From the NCBI GenBank assembly GCA_965230895.1, contig OZ246394.1, positions 1,121,887 to 1,185,886 of the forward strand: a stretch of DNA of 64,000 nucleotides. The letters are read 5' to 3'. Positions 28,187 through 38,625 of this stretch are shown here, piece by piece (within the stretch, counting starts at the first letter, position 1; every line of letters starts with the position of its first letter). The notes under the pieces are model-generated. The model was given only the letters and a program-made list of their open reading frames with translations. It ran no database searches and was not told where the DNA came from. Made by a program: the position numbers and the translations under genes. Source of the stretch: an uncultured Gammaproteobacteria bacterium (GTDB taxonomy: Bacteria; Patescibacteriota; Microgenomatia; Levybacterales; UBA12049).

Positions 28187-29635
28187 ATGGATCCTGCCCA
28201 ACCAAATCCCAATCAACCATTACAGCAGCCACAACAACCGCCACAGTCAGAGCAAGCTGCTACGCCCGTTGCACCAACACAGCCACCAGCACCTGACGCA
28301 ACAAAGCCTTTCCCAAAAAAACTCGCGCTAATAGCAGGCGGAGGTGCGCTCATTCTTCTCATTATTATTGCAGTTATATTTGGCCTGAGTGGAAGAAAAT
28401 CTTCTAACGGAACTGTAATGCCCACTCCAACGAAAGCTCAATCTGGGGGAGAAGTTAAAGCAACGCCTGTAACAAGAGATCCTGATGATCCACAAAAGAT
28501 GATGATCTATGGAACATGGACAGGGCAAACAACTGTAGTCCGGGGAGTTGATATTGGCAGCTCCGAGAGTCTTAATATTGCTACGCTTCCACTTGAGGTA
28601 AAGAAGATTTCAGTTCTCTCCTCGCAGAACCTGATGTACATAGATCAAGTTGACACAAAAGAGTTAGGACGTAGGATAACTATTTATAATCTTAAGACCA
28701 AAACTTCAAGTCAAAGCATTCCGGCCTCTTCAGGATATGGGATAGAAGATTATGCTTTATCTCCGGATAAAAAGTATATTACTATTTGGGAAGTCCAATT
28801 TGGATCGACAACACAATCTCTTCTAGGTGGAAAATCAAGAATCTATGCAATTGATTTATCAAGACCTACAGTAAAAAACATTCTTTATGATGAAACAGTA
28901 AGTACAACTATTCCGATACACTACCCAATAGGTATTTTGAATAATGGTACTGTCTTCGCAGATACTCTTATTCCGAGTGGCACAAATGGCAGTAAAGATT
29001 GGGCATATGGTATGAGTGTTGTTGACTTTGACGGTACAAATAAGCGAGATATTGAATCGATGAAGAAAGGAACCTATGGAACCCAACCAGCACTTTCCCC
29101 TGACGGCAAATACCTCCTATTTGCAGGATATGATGGATCAAAAGGTAACGATCCTGCAGGGAGACAAGCAATAATGACACCAAACACGATTGATGTTCTC
29201 AATACTGAATCACTTAAACGATTCACACTACCAAACCTTTCAAGTACAAATACCTATCCAACGGTTTCATGGGAATCTCAAACAGGAAGAATCTTTTTTG
29301 CTCAATTTTCGCTCGATACTCAGAAAACAAATTCATTCTCATATGATCTGGGCAAGCAAAAACCAACTGAGATCGTTATTCCAATTGAAGGCGATTCGAG
29401 ATATGGATATGTAGAACAACTAAATGATGCAAAAGCACTTATCGGAGCACAAGATCTCGATCCATCTAACCTAGGCAACTTAGGAAATGCTCCTGCTTAT
29501 GCCTACACACAACTAGCACTTTTAGACGTGCAGACTTCAAAAGTTAACTTTGTCTCAGTACAGGATGCATTTGTACAGTATATAACTGTATTACCTACCA
29601 CCTACTTTAAATCCACACTTGGTGAGGCTCAATAG
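28187..29635 (+). CDS. Membrane-anchored extracytoplasmic protein, paralog B (482 aa)
   Basis: The Pro/Gln-rich N-terminal tail is followed by a TM helix (LALIAGGGALILLIIIAVIFGL), then a domain homologous to paralog A. Confidence 0.6.
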   Translation: MDPAQPNPNQPLQQPQQPPQSEQAATPVAPTQPPAPDATKPFPKKLALIAGGGALILLIIIAVIFGLSGRKSSNGTVMPTPTKAQSGGEVKATPVTRDPDDPQKMMIYGTWTGQTTVVRGVDIGSSESLNIATLPLEVKKISVLSSQNLMYIDQVDTKELGRRITIYNLKTKTSSQSIPASSGYGIEDYALSPDKKYITIWEVQFGSTTQSLLGGKSRIYAIDLSRPTVKNILYDETVSTTIPIHYPIGILNNGTVFADTLIPSGTNGSKDWAYGMSVVDFDGTNKRDIESMKKGTYGTQPALSPDGKYLLFAGYDGSKGNDPAGRQAIMTPNTIDVLNTESLKRFTLPNLSSTNTYPTVSWESQTGRIFFAQFSLDTQKTNSFSYDLGKQKPTEIVIPIEGDSRYGYVEQLNDAKALIGAQDLDPSNLGNLGNAPAYAYTQLALLDVQTSKVNFVSVQDAFVQYITVLPTTYFKSTLGEAQ

Positions 29636-29651
29636 GGGAGACTGGCCATTT

Positions 29652-30731
29652 TTAAAAATAGGAATATGCCCAAAAGGAGAAACTTGTAATACCTCTTGTA
29701 CGTAAGTATTGTTGTTTTTGCCGTACAGAAGTCATATCTTCAAACCAAACAACATGCTTTTGCCCTTCACTATCTGTATAAGTAACTCTTGTTTCTGCAG
29801 ACAAAGCATCACGTTTAATAGCACATGACGTATAGTCGCAATCGTCAAGAAACTTCTGCTCAATTTCTTTATAAGTTAACGGTGAGCCTTGTGAAATAGC
29901 TTTTCCATTATTATCAACTTCCCAATCATAGCCAAACATACCAAAAATGATAGTAACATTCTTTGGAGAAGTGTACTGAAGAATATCATCTGCTAGTTCA
30001 GTCATATCATAACCATACGTTTCTTTACCTTGCATAGGAAAGTTTGGTCCCGGATTTGAGCGTGACTTATGGAAATCATACGCCATTAGCATAAAAGTGT
30101 TGTTCGCCTCAGAAAGTGATTTCACATCAAAAGGCCTTAGTCGATAAAACGTATCACCATATAAAGCCATAGTAAACTCCAATTTTGCCTCCTTCGTTTT
30201 TGTTGCAAAGTTATTTGAGAAGGTACTGATTTGATCTACAAGAGAGTCAAAAGGGATAGCACTCATTTCTAAATCGAGAACAATTCCTGAAAAACCGTTT
30301 TGTTTAGCATATGATACAGATTGATCTATTATTCGTGCCTGGGCGTTTTTATCTTTTAATATATTTGCGTTTACTTCCGAATCAACCATGCGTAGAACCA
30401 GAAGCGTTTTTTTACCTTGAGGCACATTTTCCCTAAAAGCATCTATTCGTGCATATCCTTCTTCTTCTGAAATTCCTTTCGCATTTGGTGTTATCCCGAA
30501 ATATAAATATTGGTCGTAGCCATTAAATGTCTCATCTCCAATTGCCCAATAAGGAACAAAAACAGAATTTACTGTTTTTTGATTTGGATCAATAGCAATT
30601 GAAGGAGTAGGAGAGAGCACTGTTTCTAAAATAGGTTGGGATAGATCTTTTCCTATTTTTGCTTTTGCGGCCTGAATAATAACGAAGACTAAGGCAAAGA
30701 GTAAAACAACTACAAGGATAAAACGCTTCAT
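29652..30731 (-). CDS. Secreted/anchored glycoside-hydrolase-family-18-like protein (putative)
   Basis: N-terminal hydrophobic signal. GFSGIVLDLEMS resembles the GH18 D-x-x-D-x-D-x-E catalytic block (G-F-D-G-I-D-I-D-W-E) but does not retain all acidic positions, so it may be inactive or divergent. Confidence 0.4.
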   Translation of the reverse strand: MKRFILVVVLLFALVFVIIQAAKAKIGKDLSQPILETVLSPTPSIAIDPNQKTVNSVFVPYWAIGDETFNGYDQYLYFGITPNAKGISEEEGYARIDAFRENVPQGKKTLLVLRMVDSEVNANILKDKNAQARIIDQSVSYAKQNGFSGIVLDLEMSAIPFDSLVDQISTFSNNFATKTKEAKLEFTMALYGDTFYRLRPFDVKSLSEANNTFMLMAYDFHKSRSNPGPNFPMQGKETYGYDMTELADDILQYTSPKNVTIIFGMFGYDWEVDNNGKAISQGSPLTYKEIEQKFLDDCDYTSCAIKRDALSAETRVTYTDSEGQKHVVWFEDMTSVRQKQQYLRTRGITSFSFWAYSYF

Positions 30732-30786
30732 ATATGTATTATACCTCACTCTTCCAGAAACTCTTTTTTTACTCTATACTTAAGCT

Positions 30787-31227
30787 ATGGAAAAAGAAAA
30801 AAAGGCGATAATCTTCAATATCGTACTAGCTCTCGCAACAGTATTCCTTCTTATCACAGGGCCTTTATATGTCGTAGAAAATCTTACTTTCGTAATGGTC
30901 CAAGTATTTGGTATTTTACTTATTCTTTGGGCGCTTCTATCCAGAAACATGAATCGGACGCATACACATAAGCTTCCTCCTGGATATTTCTGGGTTTCAA
31001 AAGGTCCATATGAGATTATCCGTCATCCAATTTATGCAGGCTTCTTACTGATTCTGTCGAGCATGGTACAGTATAATTTTGAGATTATTCGTATCACATT
31101 ATTCCTTCTAATAATCGCTATCATATTTCTAAAAATTATTAGAGAAGAGGATACGATGCAAAAAGAGATAACTGAGTATGGTGAGTATATGCTGAAAACA
31201 AAACGGATTATTCCATATTTGTTTTAG
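30787..31227 (+). CDS. Isoprenylcysteine carboxyl methyltransferase / phospholipid methyltransferase family membrane protein
   Basis: Multi-TM, with the family motif VSKGPYEIIRHPIYAGFLL. Confidence 0.65.
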   Translation: MEKEKKAIIFNIVLALATVFLLITGPLYVVENLTFVMVQVFGILLILWALLSRNMNRTHTHKLPPGYFWVSKGPYEIIRHPIYAGFLLILSSMVQYNFEIIRITLFLLIIAIIFLKIIREEDTMQKEITEYGEYMLKTKRIIPYLF

Positions 31228-31894
31228 GAAGATCTTCTCGTTTTAAGATAATAAAATATTCTTCTTTTCTTCTTTTTCTAAAAGCTCCAAGAATATTATC
31301 GATATCATGTTTTTGCGACTCATGCTTTGTCATTGCAGAAACTTTTTGCTCCCAAACAGGCTCAATATCAACGACTTTGGAAATATCGCTGTCTTTATAC
31401 CCTGGAGGGAAATAGATAAAATATGGCTTCTGAAAAGAACGTGCATATTCTGACATACAGTAATACCAAAGTTCAGAAACCGTTGAAACTTTTTCAAACA
31501 CAAAACTTGTAATCATGGATACAGCAATATGATCTATATGCCCTGATACCCCTCGTGGCTCATATGTTATAAGCATCTCTGGATCAAGTGATTCAATTTG
31601 CTGTTGTACTTTATCAGCTATTTCATGATATAGATTGTTTGAGAGTGTGCCATCGTGATAATCAAGAAAAAATACTTCTTTAACACCGATTGCAGTTGCA
31701 GACGCTTTCAGTTCGCCTCTGCGAATTTCTCCAAGGTTTACCCCGCTTGAATTCTCGAGGCTATTCATACCTGCGTCCCCATTTGTTACACAAATGATAT
31801 AAACATCTCGCTCTTTTGCCATCATGGCCATAGTCCCTCCTGGACCAAATACTTCATCATCTGGATGCGCAAATACTGCTACTACTGACTTCAT
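31208..31894 (-). CDS. PIG-L/LmbE family N-acetylglucosaminyl deacetylase
   Basis: AVFAHPDDEVFGPGGT motif and HxDH (SGHIDHIAV). The start is placed at the ATG at 31894, just before the motif (the track ORF extends to 32071). Confidence 0.7.
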   Translation of the reverse strand: MKSVVAVFAHPDDEVFGPGGTMAMMAKERDVYIICVTNGDAGMNSLENSSGVNLGEIRRGELKASATAIGVKEVFFLDYHDGTLSNNLYHEIADKVQQQIESLDPEMLITYEPRGVSGHIDHIAVSMITSFVFEKVSTVSELWYYCMSEYARSFQKPYFIYFPPGYKDSDISKVVDIEPVWEQKVSAMTKHESQKHDIDNILGAFRKRRKEEYFIILKREDLPKTNME

Positions 31895-32525
31895 ATATTC
31901 TATTATAGCAAGCTTTTTAAAATATGCGGTAGGGGATGCAAATTTTACATTTTTCAGTACGCTCAAATTGAAAGCTATTTTCCTTTTTACTTTAATGCGA
32001 GTTTTTTGCATCCGGCGGGGGAGCCAAAAATCGTTTTTGGCAGGGGAGTCGCATATCATTATTTTTTCCATAATAATTTGTTTAGAAACTGTTTTATAAA
32101 TGATTTAACACTAAGAATTCTCAGGAAAGTTTTCAACATAAGATTTTAAAGTTATCCACAAAAAGACTTTCGTATCTTTTTGTTATTGGCAGTAGGCATT
32201 TCATTGTGAGAATAAACACCTATAATACGCAGAACATACTGATCGAACTATATCATCCGTGGCTAATTCTAGAGTTTAAGTCCCTATAATAAGCATTCGT
32301 ATTTTTTGCATTATATCGTGAAAAGTACCGTTGTGAAAAGATGATGATATAGTTGTATATGGTAATACTATGGGACTTAGATGATGCAGTTTGCACTACT
32401 CTCTTCCCTGTCTTTGTGGCTAAGTATATAATTCGTAGGACAAAAAATTATTTAAAATACAGAATACACTTGGAAAAATCAAAATTATGAAAGATATTAC
32501 AGATTAACTTCAGGCGTTTAAAGGA

Positions 32526-34667
32526 TTATTGCTCTATTCTACCTGTGAAAGTAGATTTAGCGAGGAGCTGGTCGATAATGTTCTTTGGAACATATTCATA
32601 ATGACTTGGTTCCATATAGAAACTTGCACGTCCCTTCGTCAATGAACGGAGTTGTGTTGCATATCCTGAAAGTTCTGAAAGTGGAACTTGCGCCAAAATA
32701 ATTGTCGCATTCCCCCGCTCTTCTGATCCACCGATTTGAGCCCGCTTTGATGAAAGATCACCCATAACTTCTCCCATGTATTCACTTGGAAGTGTTACTT
32801 CAACTTTCATGATCGGTTCAAGGAGTGTAATCCCCGCCTTCTTTGAAGCAGCTTGAATTGCTTGAGATGCAGCAATCTTAAACGCAACTTCGGAAGAGTC
32901 AACATCGTGGTATGAACCGTCATAGCAAGTTACTTTAACGTCGATAAGTGGATATCCTAAGAGCACACCATTATCCAAAGTTTCTTTAACACCCTTTTCT
33001 ACAGCCTTAATAAATTCTGCAGGAATAGCTCCTCCTTTGATCGCATTAACGAATTCATAGCCTTCACCTCGAGGTTTTGGTTCAAGTCGAAGCCAGCAAT
33101 GACCATATTGACCTCGTCCTCCGGACTGCTTAATGTATTTACCTTCAGCTTCTGCAATTTGTGAAATAGCTTCTTTATATGCAACTTGTGGAGCACCGAC
33201 GTTTGCCTCGACGTTAAATTCTCTCTTCATACGATCAACCATGATTTCAAGTTGGAGTTCTCCAATACCTGAGATAATAGTTTGGCCTGTTTCATGGTTT
33301 GTCTTAACTGTAAATGTAGGATCTTCTTCTTGAAGTCTCTTCATTGAATACCCAAGCTTTTCTTGATCTGATTTAGTCTTTGGTTCAATAGCAAGTGAGA
33401 TAACTGGTTCTGGGAATGTAATTTGCTCAAGAATAATTGGCTTATCTTCATCGCAGAGAGTATCTCCAGTAATGGTATCTTTCAATCCTACAATAGCTAC
33501 GATTTCTCCAGCATATGCCTCTTTTATTTCTTCACGGTCATTCGCATGCATCATGAGAAGACGACCAATACGTTCTTTAACACCTTTGTTTGCATTGTAA
33601 ACGTATGATCCTGCAGAAAGTTTTCCTGAGTACACACGGAAGTATGCAAGTTTTCCAACGTGAGGATCATTTTGGATTTTGAACGCCAATCCTGAGAAAG
33701 CTTCTTCAGGAATAAGTCTTCGGTTTTCTTCAGCATTTGTTTTTGGATTGATCCCTCGAACATCAGACAAATCTTGTGGTGATGGAAGGTAATCTACGAC
33801 TGCGTCAAGAAGTGGTTGAACACCTTTATTTCGAAGAGATGTGCCCGCGTACATAGGAACCAATTTGTATGCAATAACAGCTGCTCGAAGTGCTTTTCGA
33901 AGTTCTTCGACAGATGGTTCTTCTCCACCGAGATACTTTTCAAGAAGAGCATCATCAGTTTCTGCAATCTTTTCGATAAGCTTATTTCGATATTCTTCAA
34001 CTTGATCTTTCATGTCTTCAGGAACTTCATCCTTTACTTCATACTTTGCACCAAGTTCATCTGAACCCCAGATGTATGATTGTCGTGTCAAAAGATCAAC
34101 ATTACCTTGATATGTATTTTCAGCTCCAATTGGGAGAACCATAATTGCTGGATTTGCACCAAGTCGATCTTCAACACTTTTGACAGTATTAAGGAAGTCT
34201 GCACCAAGCTTATCCATCTTGTTAACGAAACAAAGTCGTGGAACTTTGTATTTGTCAGCTTGTCGCCATACAGTTTCAGATTGTGACTGTACACCTTCTT
34301 CAGCGTCAAGAACGGTAATACCACCATCAAGTACACGAAGTGAACGTTCTACTTCAGCTGTAAAGTCGACGTGCCCTGGAGTGTCAATAATGTTGAATCG
34401 AGTATCAAGTCCTACAAACATACCTGTTCTTGGAGTCCAGAATGCTGTGGTCGCTGCTGATACGATAGTAATACCGCGCTCTTTCTCTTGTTCCATCCAG
34501 TCCATCTGAGTATTACCTTCATCAATGTCACCAATCTTGTATGTACGCCCTGTGTAGAAAAGAATACGTTCTGTTGTAGTAGTTTTTCCTGCATCAATAT
34601 GCGCAATAATTCCGATATTTCGGATGCGGTCTAAAGGATAAATACGTGATTTTGGATCTGCTGCCAT
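32526..34667 (-). CDS. fusA: Elongation factor G
   Basis: [20 protein letters not shown] and the domain IV/V blocks; 713 aa. Confidence 0.97.
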   Translation of the reverse strand: MAADPKSRIYPLDRIRNIGIIAHIDAGKTTTTERILFYTGRTYKIGDIDEGNTQMDWMEQEKERGITIVSAATTAFWTPRTGMFVGLDTRFNIIDTPGHVDFTAEVERSLRVLDGGITVLDAEEGVQSQSETVWRQADKYKVPRLCFVNKMDKLGADFLNTVKSVEDRLGANPAIMVLPIGAENTYQGNVDLLTRQSYIWGSDELGAKYEVKDEVPEDMKDQVEEYRNKLIEKIAETDDALLEKYLGGEEPSVEELRKALRAAVIAYKLVPMYAGTSLRNKGVQPLLDAVVDYLPSPQDLSDVRGINPKTNAEENRRLIPEEAFSGLAFKIQNDPHVGKLAYFRVYSGKLSAGSYVYNANKGVKERIGRLLMMHANDREEIKEAYAGEIVAIVGLKDTITGDTLCDEDKPIILEQITFPEPVISLAIEPKTKSDQEKLGYSMKRLQEEDPTFTVKTNHETGQTIISGIGELQLEIMVDRMKREFNVEANVGAPQVAYKEAISQIAEAEGKYIKQSGGRGQYGHCWLRLEPKPRGEGYEFVNAIKGGAIPAEFIKAVEKGVKETLDNGVLLGYPLIDVKVTCYDGSYHDVDSSEVAFKIAASQAIQAASKKAGITLLEPIMKVEVTLPSEYMGEVMGDLSSKRAQIGGSEERGNATIILAQVPLSELSGYATQLRSLTKGRASFYMEPSHYEYVPKNIIDQLLAKSTFTGRIEQ

Positions 34668-34768
34668 AGTTTTAACAAAAAATCATCCCGATTCTCGGGA
34701 CTGAAAGAGTATAGCATATACTTTGAGAGAAAAAAAGAGACTTTTGCCTAAACTGATATAATTCTAGA

Positions 34769-35506
34769 ATGACTGAAGCATTGAAAAGACAACCGTACAC
34801 TCTTGATGCGTTTGAACAAATGACTGTGGACAATTTTCGACGAGCTGAAGGAGAGATCACAGATTGGAAGCTTTATTATGCAGAAAGGTTGACTGACGAA
34901 ACCAAAGAATTTGGATTCCAACACGGACCTGGTTTATTGCTGTTGTCACCCGCTTATATGGTACCTGACTACGCTGTAGAAGATGAATCACTCCAGGAAG
35001 GTATGGCTGATGAACTTGGTGATAAGCTCTACTTCGCCGCTCATTTAGCTCGGCATATAGGTATTCCTTTGAAACGTATTGCAGCAAATGCACTAGGCAA
35101 ACATACTGATACACAATATACAGGCATAGAAACATTTTCAGACCTTCAAACAACAGTTATGGCAAACGCTCATAAAATTTCTATTCCCAATGAGCTTAGT
35201 TATGGAATGTTAAGCTTTATAAATGACGATCAGCCTCATATCGATGCACCCTTTACGAAAACAACTTTACAGGACAACCCACTTTTTGTCTTGATGCGGT
35301 TTACAAATAGACTTGTGGATTCTCTTGACCCGAGCACAAGAGATAGAGCGGCTGTTGAACCGACAGTAGATACCACAACTGCATTAGGTGATTATGTAAA
35401 TGCACTCACATATGTAGCCAAAGCCCGTCTTGGGAAAAATATTGAAGATATTGCACTTGCCACAAAAGCAAAATCTGAACACCGAAAGAAATACGGCAAA
35501 GTGTAA
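34769..35506 (+). CDS. MazG-like nucleoside triphosphate pyrophosphohydrolase domain protein (putative)
   Basis: ADELGDKLYFAAHLARHIGIPL resembles the MazG EExGDLLF..V.LAR..G motif; otherwise uncharacterised. Confidence 0.4.
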   Translation: MTEALKRQPYTLDAFEQMTVDNFRRAEGEITDWKLYYAERLTDETKEFGFQHGPGLLLLSPAYMVPDYAVEDESLQEGMADELGDKLYFAAHLARHIGIPLKRIAANALGKHTDTQYTGIETFSDLQTTVMANAHKISIPNELSYGMLSFINDDQPHIDAPFTKTTLQDNPLFVLMRFTNRLVDSLDPSTRDRAAVEPTVDTTTALGDYVNALTYVAKARLGKNIEDIALATKAKSEHRKKYGKV

Positions 35507-35595
35507 TTACCTCTTTTTTATTCCCTTTCAGCTTTGACTTTTTCTCGTAAAAGCCATACACTAAAATTAAGCCGTGTTGTATCAACGACGGCTTT

Positions 35596-36210
35596 GTGGC
35601 TATGGCTGAAAATACTGTCCCATCAATCAATTTGCTACCAAAGAAAGGTGAAAGCTTTTTAAACCAGTTTCTTAATTGGACACTGACAATTGGAAGACTT
35701 CTCATCATCATAGTTGAGTTCGTGGCATTAGGCACTTTTCTCTTTAGATTTGATCTTGATATGAAAATCGTTGATCTTAAAGACAAGATTGAAGCGCAAA
35801 GCTTTATTGTCGCTAACTTTCAAAAATCTGAGGCAAATTTCCGGGACATCCAAGACCGTTTGGAACTTATAAAGCGGTATGAACAGATTGGTGGAACAAC
35901 ATCAGGTATTTTTGCAGATATTACAAAGTTAGGAGCAGGAAAAGTCACATTCAAAGATCTTACTGTCGAACCTGAAAACGCAAAAATTGAAGCACAAGCA
36001 GGTTCCCCTGCTGCACTTATGGCTTTTGTGGCAGCATTAAAGCAGCACCCATCAGTAACAGGTGTCATTGTGGATAAAGTGCAAAACAGCGCTTCAACAT
36101 CCCTTGTCAGTGTAAGTATTACAGCAACGCTTAAGCCACAAGCTTTTGAAAAAGATGAATCATTAAATCCAAATGCGGGACAAGTGGCACCAATATTAGA
36201 GACTGAGTAA
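35596..36210 (+). CDS. PilN-like type IV pilus assembly protein
   Basis: N-terminal INLLP motif, then a single TM, then a periplasmic-type domain; about 200 aa. Confidence 0.55.
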   Translation: MAMAENTVPSINLLPKKGESFLNQFLNWTLTIGRLLIIIVEFVALGTFLFRFDLDMKIVDLKDKIEAQSFIVANFQKSEANFRDIQDRLELIKRYEQIGGTTSGIFADITKLGAGKVTFKDLTVEPENAKIEAQAGSPAALMAFVAALKQHPSVTGVIVDKVQNSASTSLVSVSITATLKPQAFEKDESLNPNAGQVAPILETE

Positions 36211-36212
36211 TT

Positions 36213-36833
36213 ATGAGACTGCCTAAAAGTTATTTTGAAAGTTTATCTGCGACAAAATATCGCGAATATTTAAAGCTTCTTCCAAATATGGAGAAGGAGC
36301 ATACACGTGCATTTGTAACAATTGCTTTGACATTTGCAGCGCTTTCATTCTTTGGTATTTTTGCAATTAATCCAACCTTAACAACGATTGCAGAACTACA
36401 AAAAGAATTAGAAGATAACCAAATGGTAGATCAACAATTATCAGCAAAAATAAATAATTTGAGTCTTCTGCAGCAGCAATACAACTTATTAGAATCTGAT
36501 CTTCCTGTGGTTTATGCAGCGATTCCAAAAACAGCAGATGCTCCACTTCTCAGTGCACAAATAGAGGCACTTGCTAGAAAACATAACGTTACGATTGAAA
36601 CCTACAGAATTGCAGAAGTACAACTCGCCTCAAATAAGCAAAAACTTACGAAAACCACTTCGTTTACCTTTACGCTTGAAGCAACTGGAACATATCAGAA
36701 CATGATTAATTTCTCGACAGCGCTTGCAGGTCTTAATAGAATAGTTACTGTAGAATCCATGAGTATAAGTAGAGATAGTAAAACAAATGAACTTATGCTT
36801 ACATTACGAGGCAGACAATATTTCAAACCATAA
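36213..36833 (+). CDS. PilO-like type IV pilus assembly protein
   Basis: TM helix plus coiled coil plus a C-terminal alpha/beta region; about 200 aa, translationally coupled to the PilN-like gene. Confidence 0.45.
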   Translation: MRLPKSYFESLSATKYREYLKLLPNMEKEHTRAFVTIALTFAALSFFGIFAINPTLTTIAELQKELEDNQMVDQQLSAKINNLSLLQQQYNLLESDLPVVYAAIPKTADAPLLSAQIEALARKHNVTIETYRIAEVQLASNKQKLTKTTSFTFTLEATGTYQNMINFSTALAGLNRIVTVESMSISRDSKTNELMLTLRGRQYFKP

Positions 36834-36836
36834 ACT

Positions 36837-37199
36837 ATGCGAGGAAAGAAACAACATAACCCACAAAAAGATATTTTATTTATTCTCGGATCATCGTTCG
36901 TAGTAGTCGTGGCATGGATTGGATTTAATCTTTACCATATATATATAACATCTACTGTTAGTGATGAGATACAAGTACAACTAACACCTATCAATCCAAC
37001 ATTTGATAAAGATTTAATCCGTGAACTTAAATCTCGAGAGAAAATAAATCCTGCATTTGATAAACAGCCAAGCGCATCAAGATCAGCTACTACCCCAACA
37101 GCTGAACCGACACCAGAAGCTTCAAATTCTGGGACTCTTGAGACATCATCACGATTTGCACCTGCCGACACGGAAATAGCGACAAGATCTGGACAATGA
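36837..37199 (+). CDS. Small membrane protein with Pro/Thr-rich tail
   Basis: One TM segment (ILFILGSSFVVVVAWIGF). Overlaps the next gene by 4 nt. Confidence 0.4.
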   Translation: MRGKKQHNPQKDILFILGSSFVVVVAWIGFNLYHIYITSTVSDEIQVQLTPINPTFDKDLIRELKSREKINPAFDKQPSASRSATTPTAEPTPEASNSGTLETSSRFAPADTEIATRSGQ

Positions 37200-38590
37200 T
37201 ATATAACACAAAAAGTCTTTTAAATAGAAAAGTTCCTGCTTACGCGGGGATCTTTGTCCTGCTAGTAACACTTGGCCTTACTGTTCTTTTAAGTGGAAAT
37301 ACCGTTCAATTTGTTAGTAAAGCAACTGTCGGTAGTGAGCCTAAGAATGTGCAAGTCAGTAATATTAGCGCGACATCATTTACAATATCGTACGAGACGG
37401 ACCAGACAGCGGTTAGTACTGTTGCCTATGGGAAAGATACGGCCCTAGGAGATGTTGCATTAGATGTTAGAGATGTACTGACGGGAACACCTGCAGAACA
37501 CAGGCTTCACTATGTAACTGTACAAAATCTTGAACCCGGTACAGCATACTACTATACAATTACATCTGGAGCTCAAGTATCTGACAATAATGGTGCTCCA
37601 TATGAGATACGTACTGCTACAAATGTTGCTACATCTCCACCAACAAATGGAACTATTTCAGGTTCGGTCGCACTTGAAGATGGAACATTTCCAAATGAAA
37701 GTATTGTATACATATCTACAGAGACATCTCAGCTTTTATCAGCACTCGTACAACCAAATGGAACATTTACAACTTCTCTTGCTCAACTACGGACAAAGGA
37801 TCTGACAGCATATTCACCCGTTTTAGAGAAAACACCAATAAAGATATCTGCAACGAATGCAGCACTTCAATCAGAGGTTTCAGTGCTAGGAGAACAAATA
37901 GCTGAAGTTCCTAAAATTATTCTTTCGAAGAATTATGATTTTACTTTGAGTGGAGATGAATTAACGGCGAGTGAATCTGGTTCTTCTGCTTCGCAATCAG
38001 CGGGATTCCCAATTTTTGATGAAGCAGTTTCAGTGAGTTCACCTACGATTACAACACCTGAAGATCAACAAGTATTTAAAGACGCACAACCGTTATTTAA
38101 AGGGCAAGCACTACCAAATACTGGAATTGAAATCGTAATAACTGCTGATAGTGAAATTGCAGCATCATTACAGAGTGACTCAACAGGCATGTGGGAATTT
38201 AGACCACCGGTTGCACTAAATCCTGGACAACATACGATTACGATTTCTTCAATTGATTCCAAAGGAGCTATGCAAGATGTATCTCGAGCATTTACCGTTA
38301 ATGCTTCTGGAGGACAATTTACTGAGCCTTCGGTCTCTCCTATCCAACCCACACAAGGTCCCCCTGTTACTCCAACAGTTGCAGCTCTCCCCTCTCCTAC
38401 TCCAACATTGGAGCCATCACCGACTGCAACACCAACAGCAATTCCATCACCTACAATTGATCCAAATGCGATTAGCCCAACAAGAGGACCGCTCTCCCCT
38501 ACTGGTAGCTATTCTACTGTTGCTGGAATAATCACAAGTGTACTTTTCTTAGCAGGTGGTGTTATACTATTCTTCACAATTGCTGTGTAA
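37196..38590 (+). CDS. Cell-surface protein with fibronectin-III-like domain, Pro/Thr-rich stalk and C-terminal TM anchor
   Basis: N-terminal signal/anchor, an FN3-like block (PKNVQVSNISATSFTISYETDQ...LEPGTAYYYTI), a PT-rich linker, and a C-terminal hydrophobic segment GIITSVLFLAGGVILFFTIAV. No canonical LPXTG was found. Confidence 0.45.
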   Translation: MIYNTKSLLNRKVPAYAGIFVLLVTLGLTVLLSGNTVQFVSKATVGSEPKNVQVSNISATSFTISYETDQTAVSTVAYGKDTALGDVALDVRDVLTGTPAEHRLHYVTVQNLEPGTAYYYTITSGAQVSDNNGAPYEIRTATNVATSPPTNGTISGSVALEDGTFPNESIVYISTETSQLLSALVQPNGTFTTSLAQLRTKDLTAYSPVLEKTPIKISATNAALQSEVSVLGEQIAEVPKIILSKNYDFTLSGDELTASESGSSASQSAGFPIFDEAVSVSSPTITTPEDQQVFKDAQPLFKGQALPNTGIEIVITADSEIAASLQSDSTGMWEFRPPVALNPGQHTITISSIDSKGAMQDVSRAFTVNASGGQFTEPSVSPIQPTQGPPVTPTVAALPSPTPTLEPSPTATPTAIPSPTIDPNAISPTRGPLSPTGSYSTVAGIITSVLFLAGGVILFFTIAV

Positions 38591-38625
38591 TATCAGCATA
38601 AACGTAACTTACCTATTTACCTATT

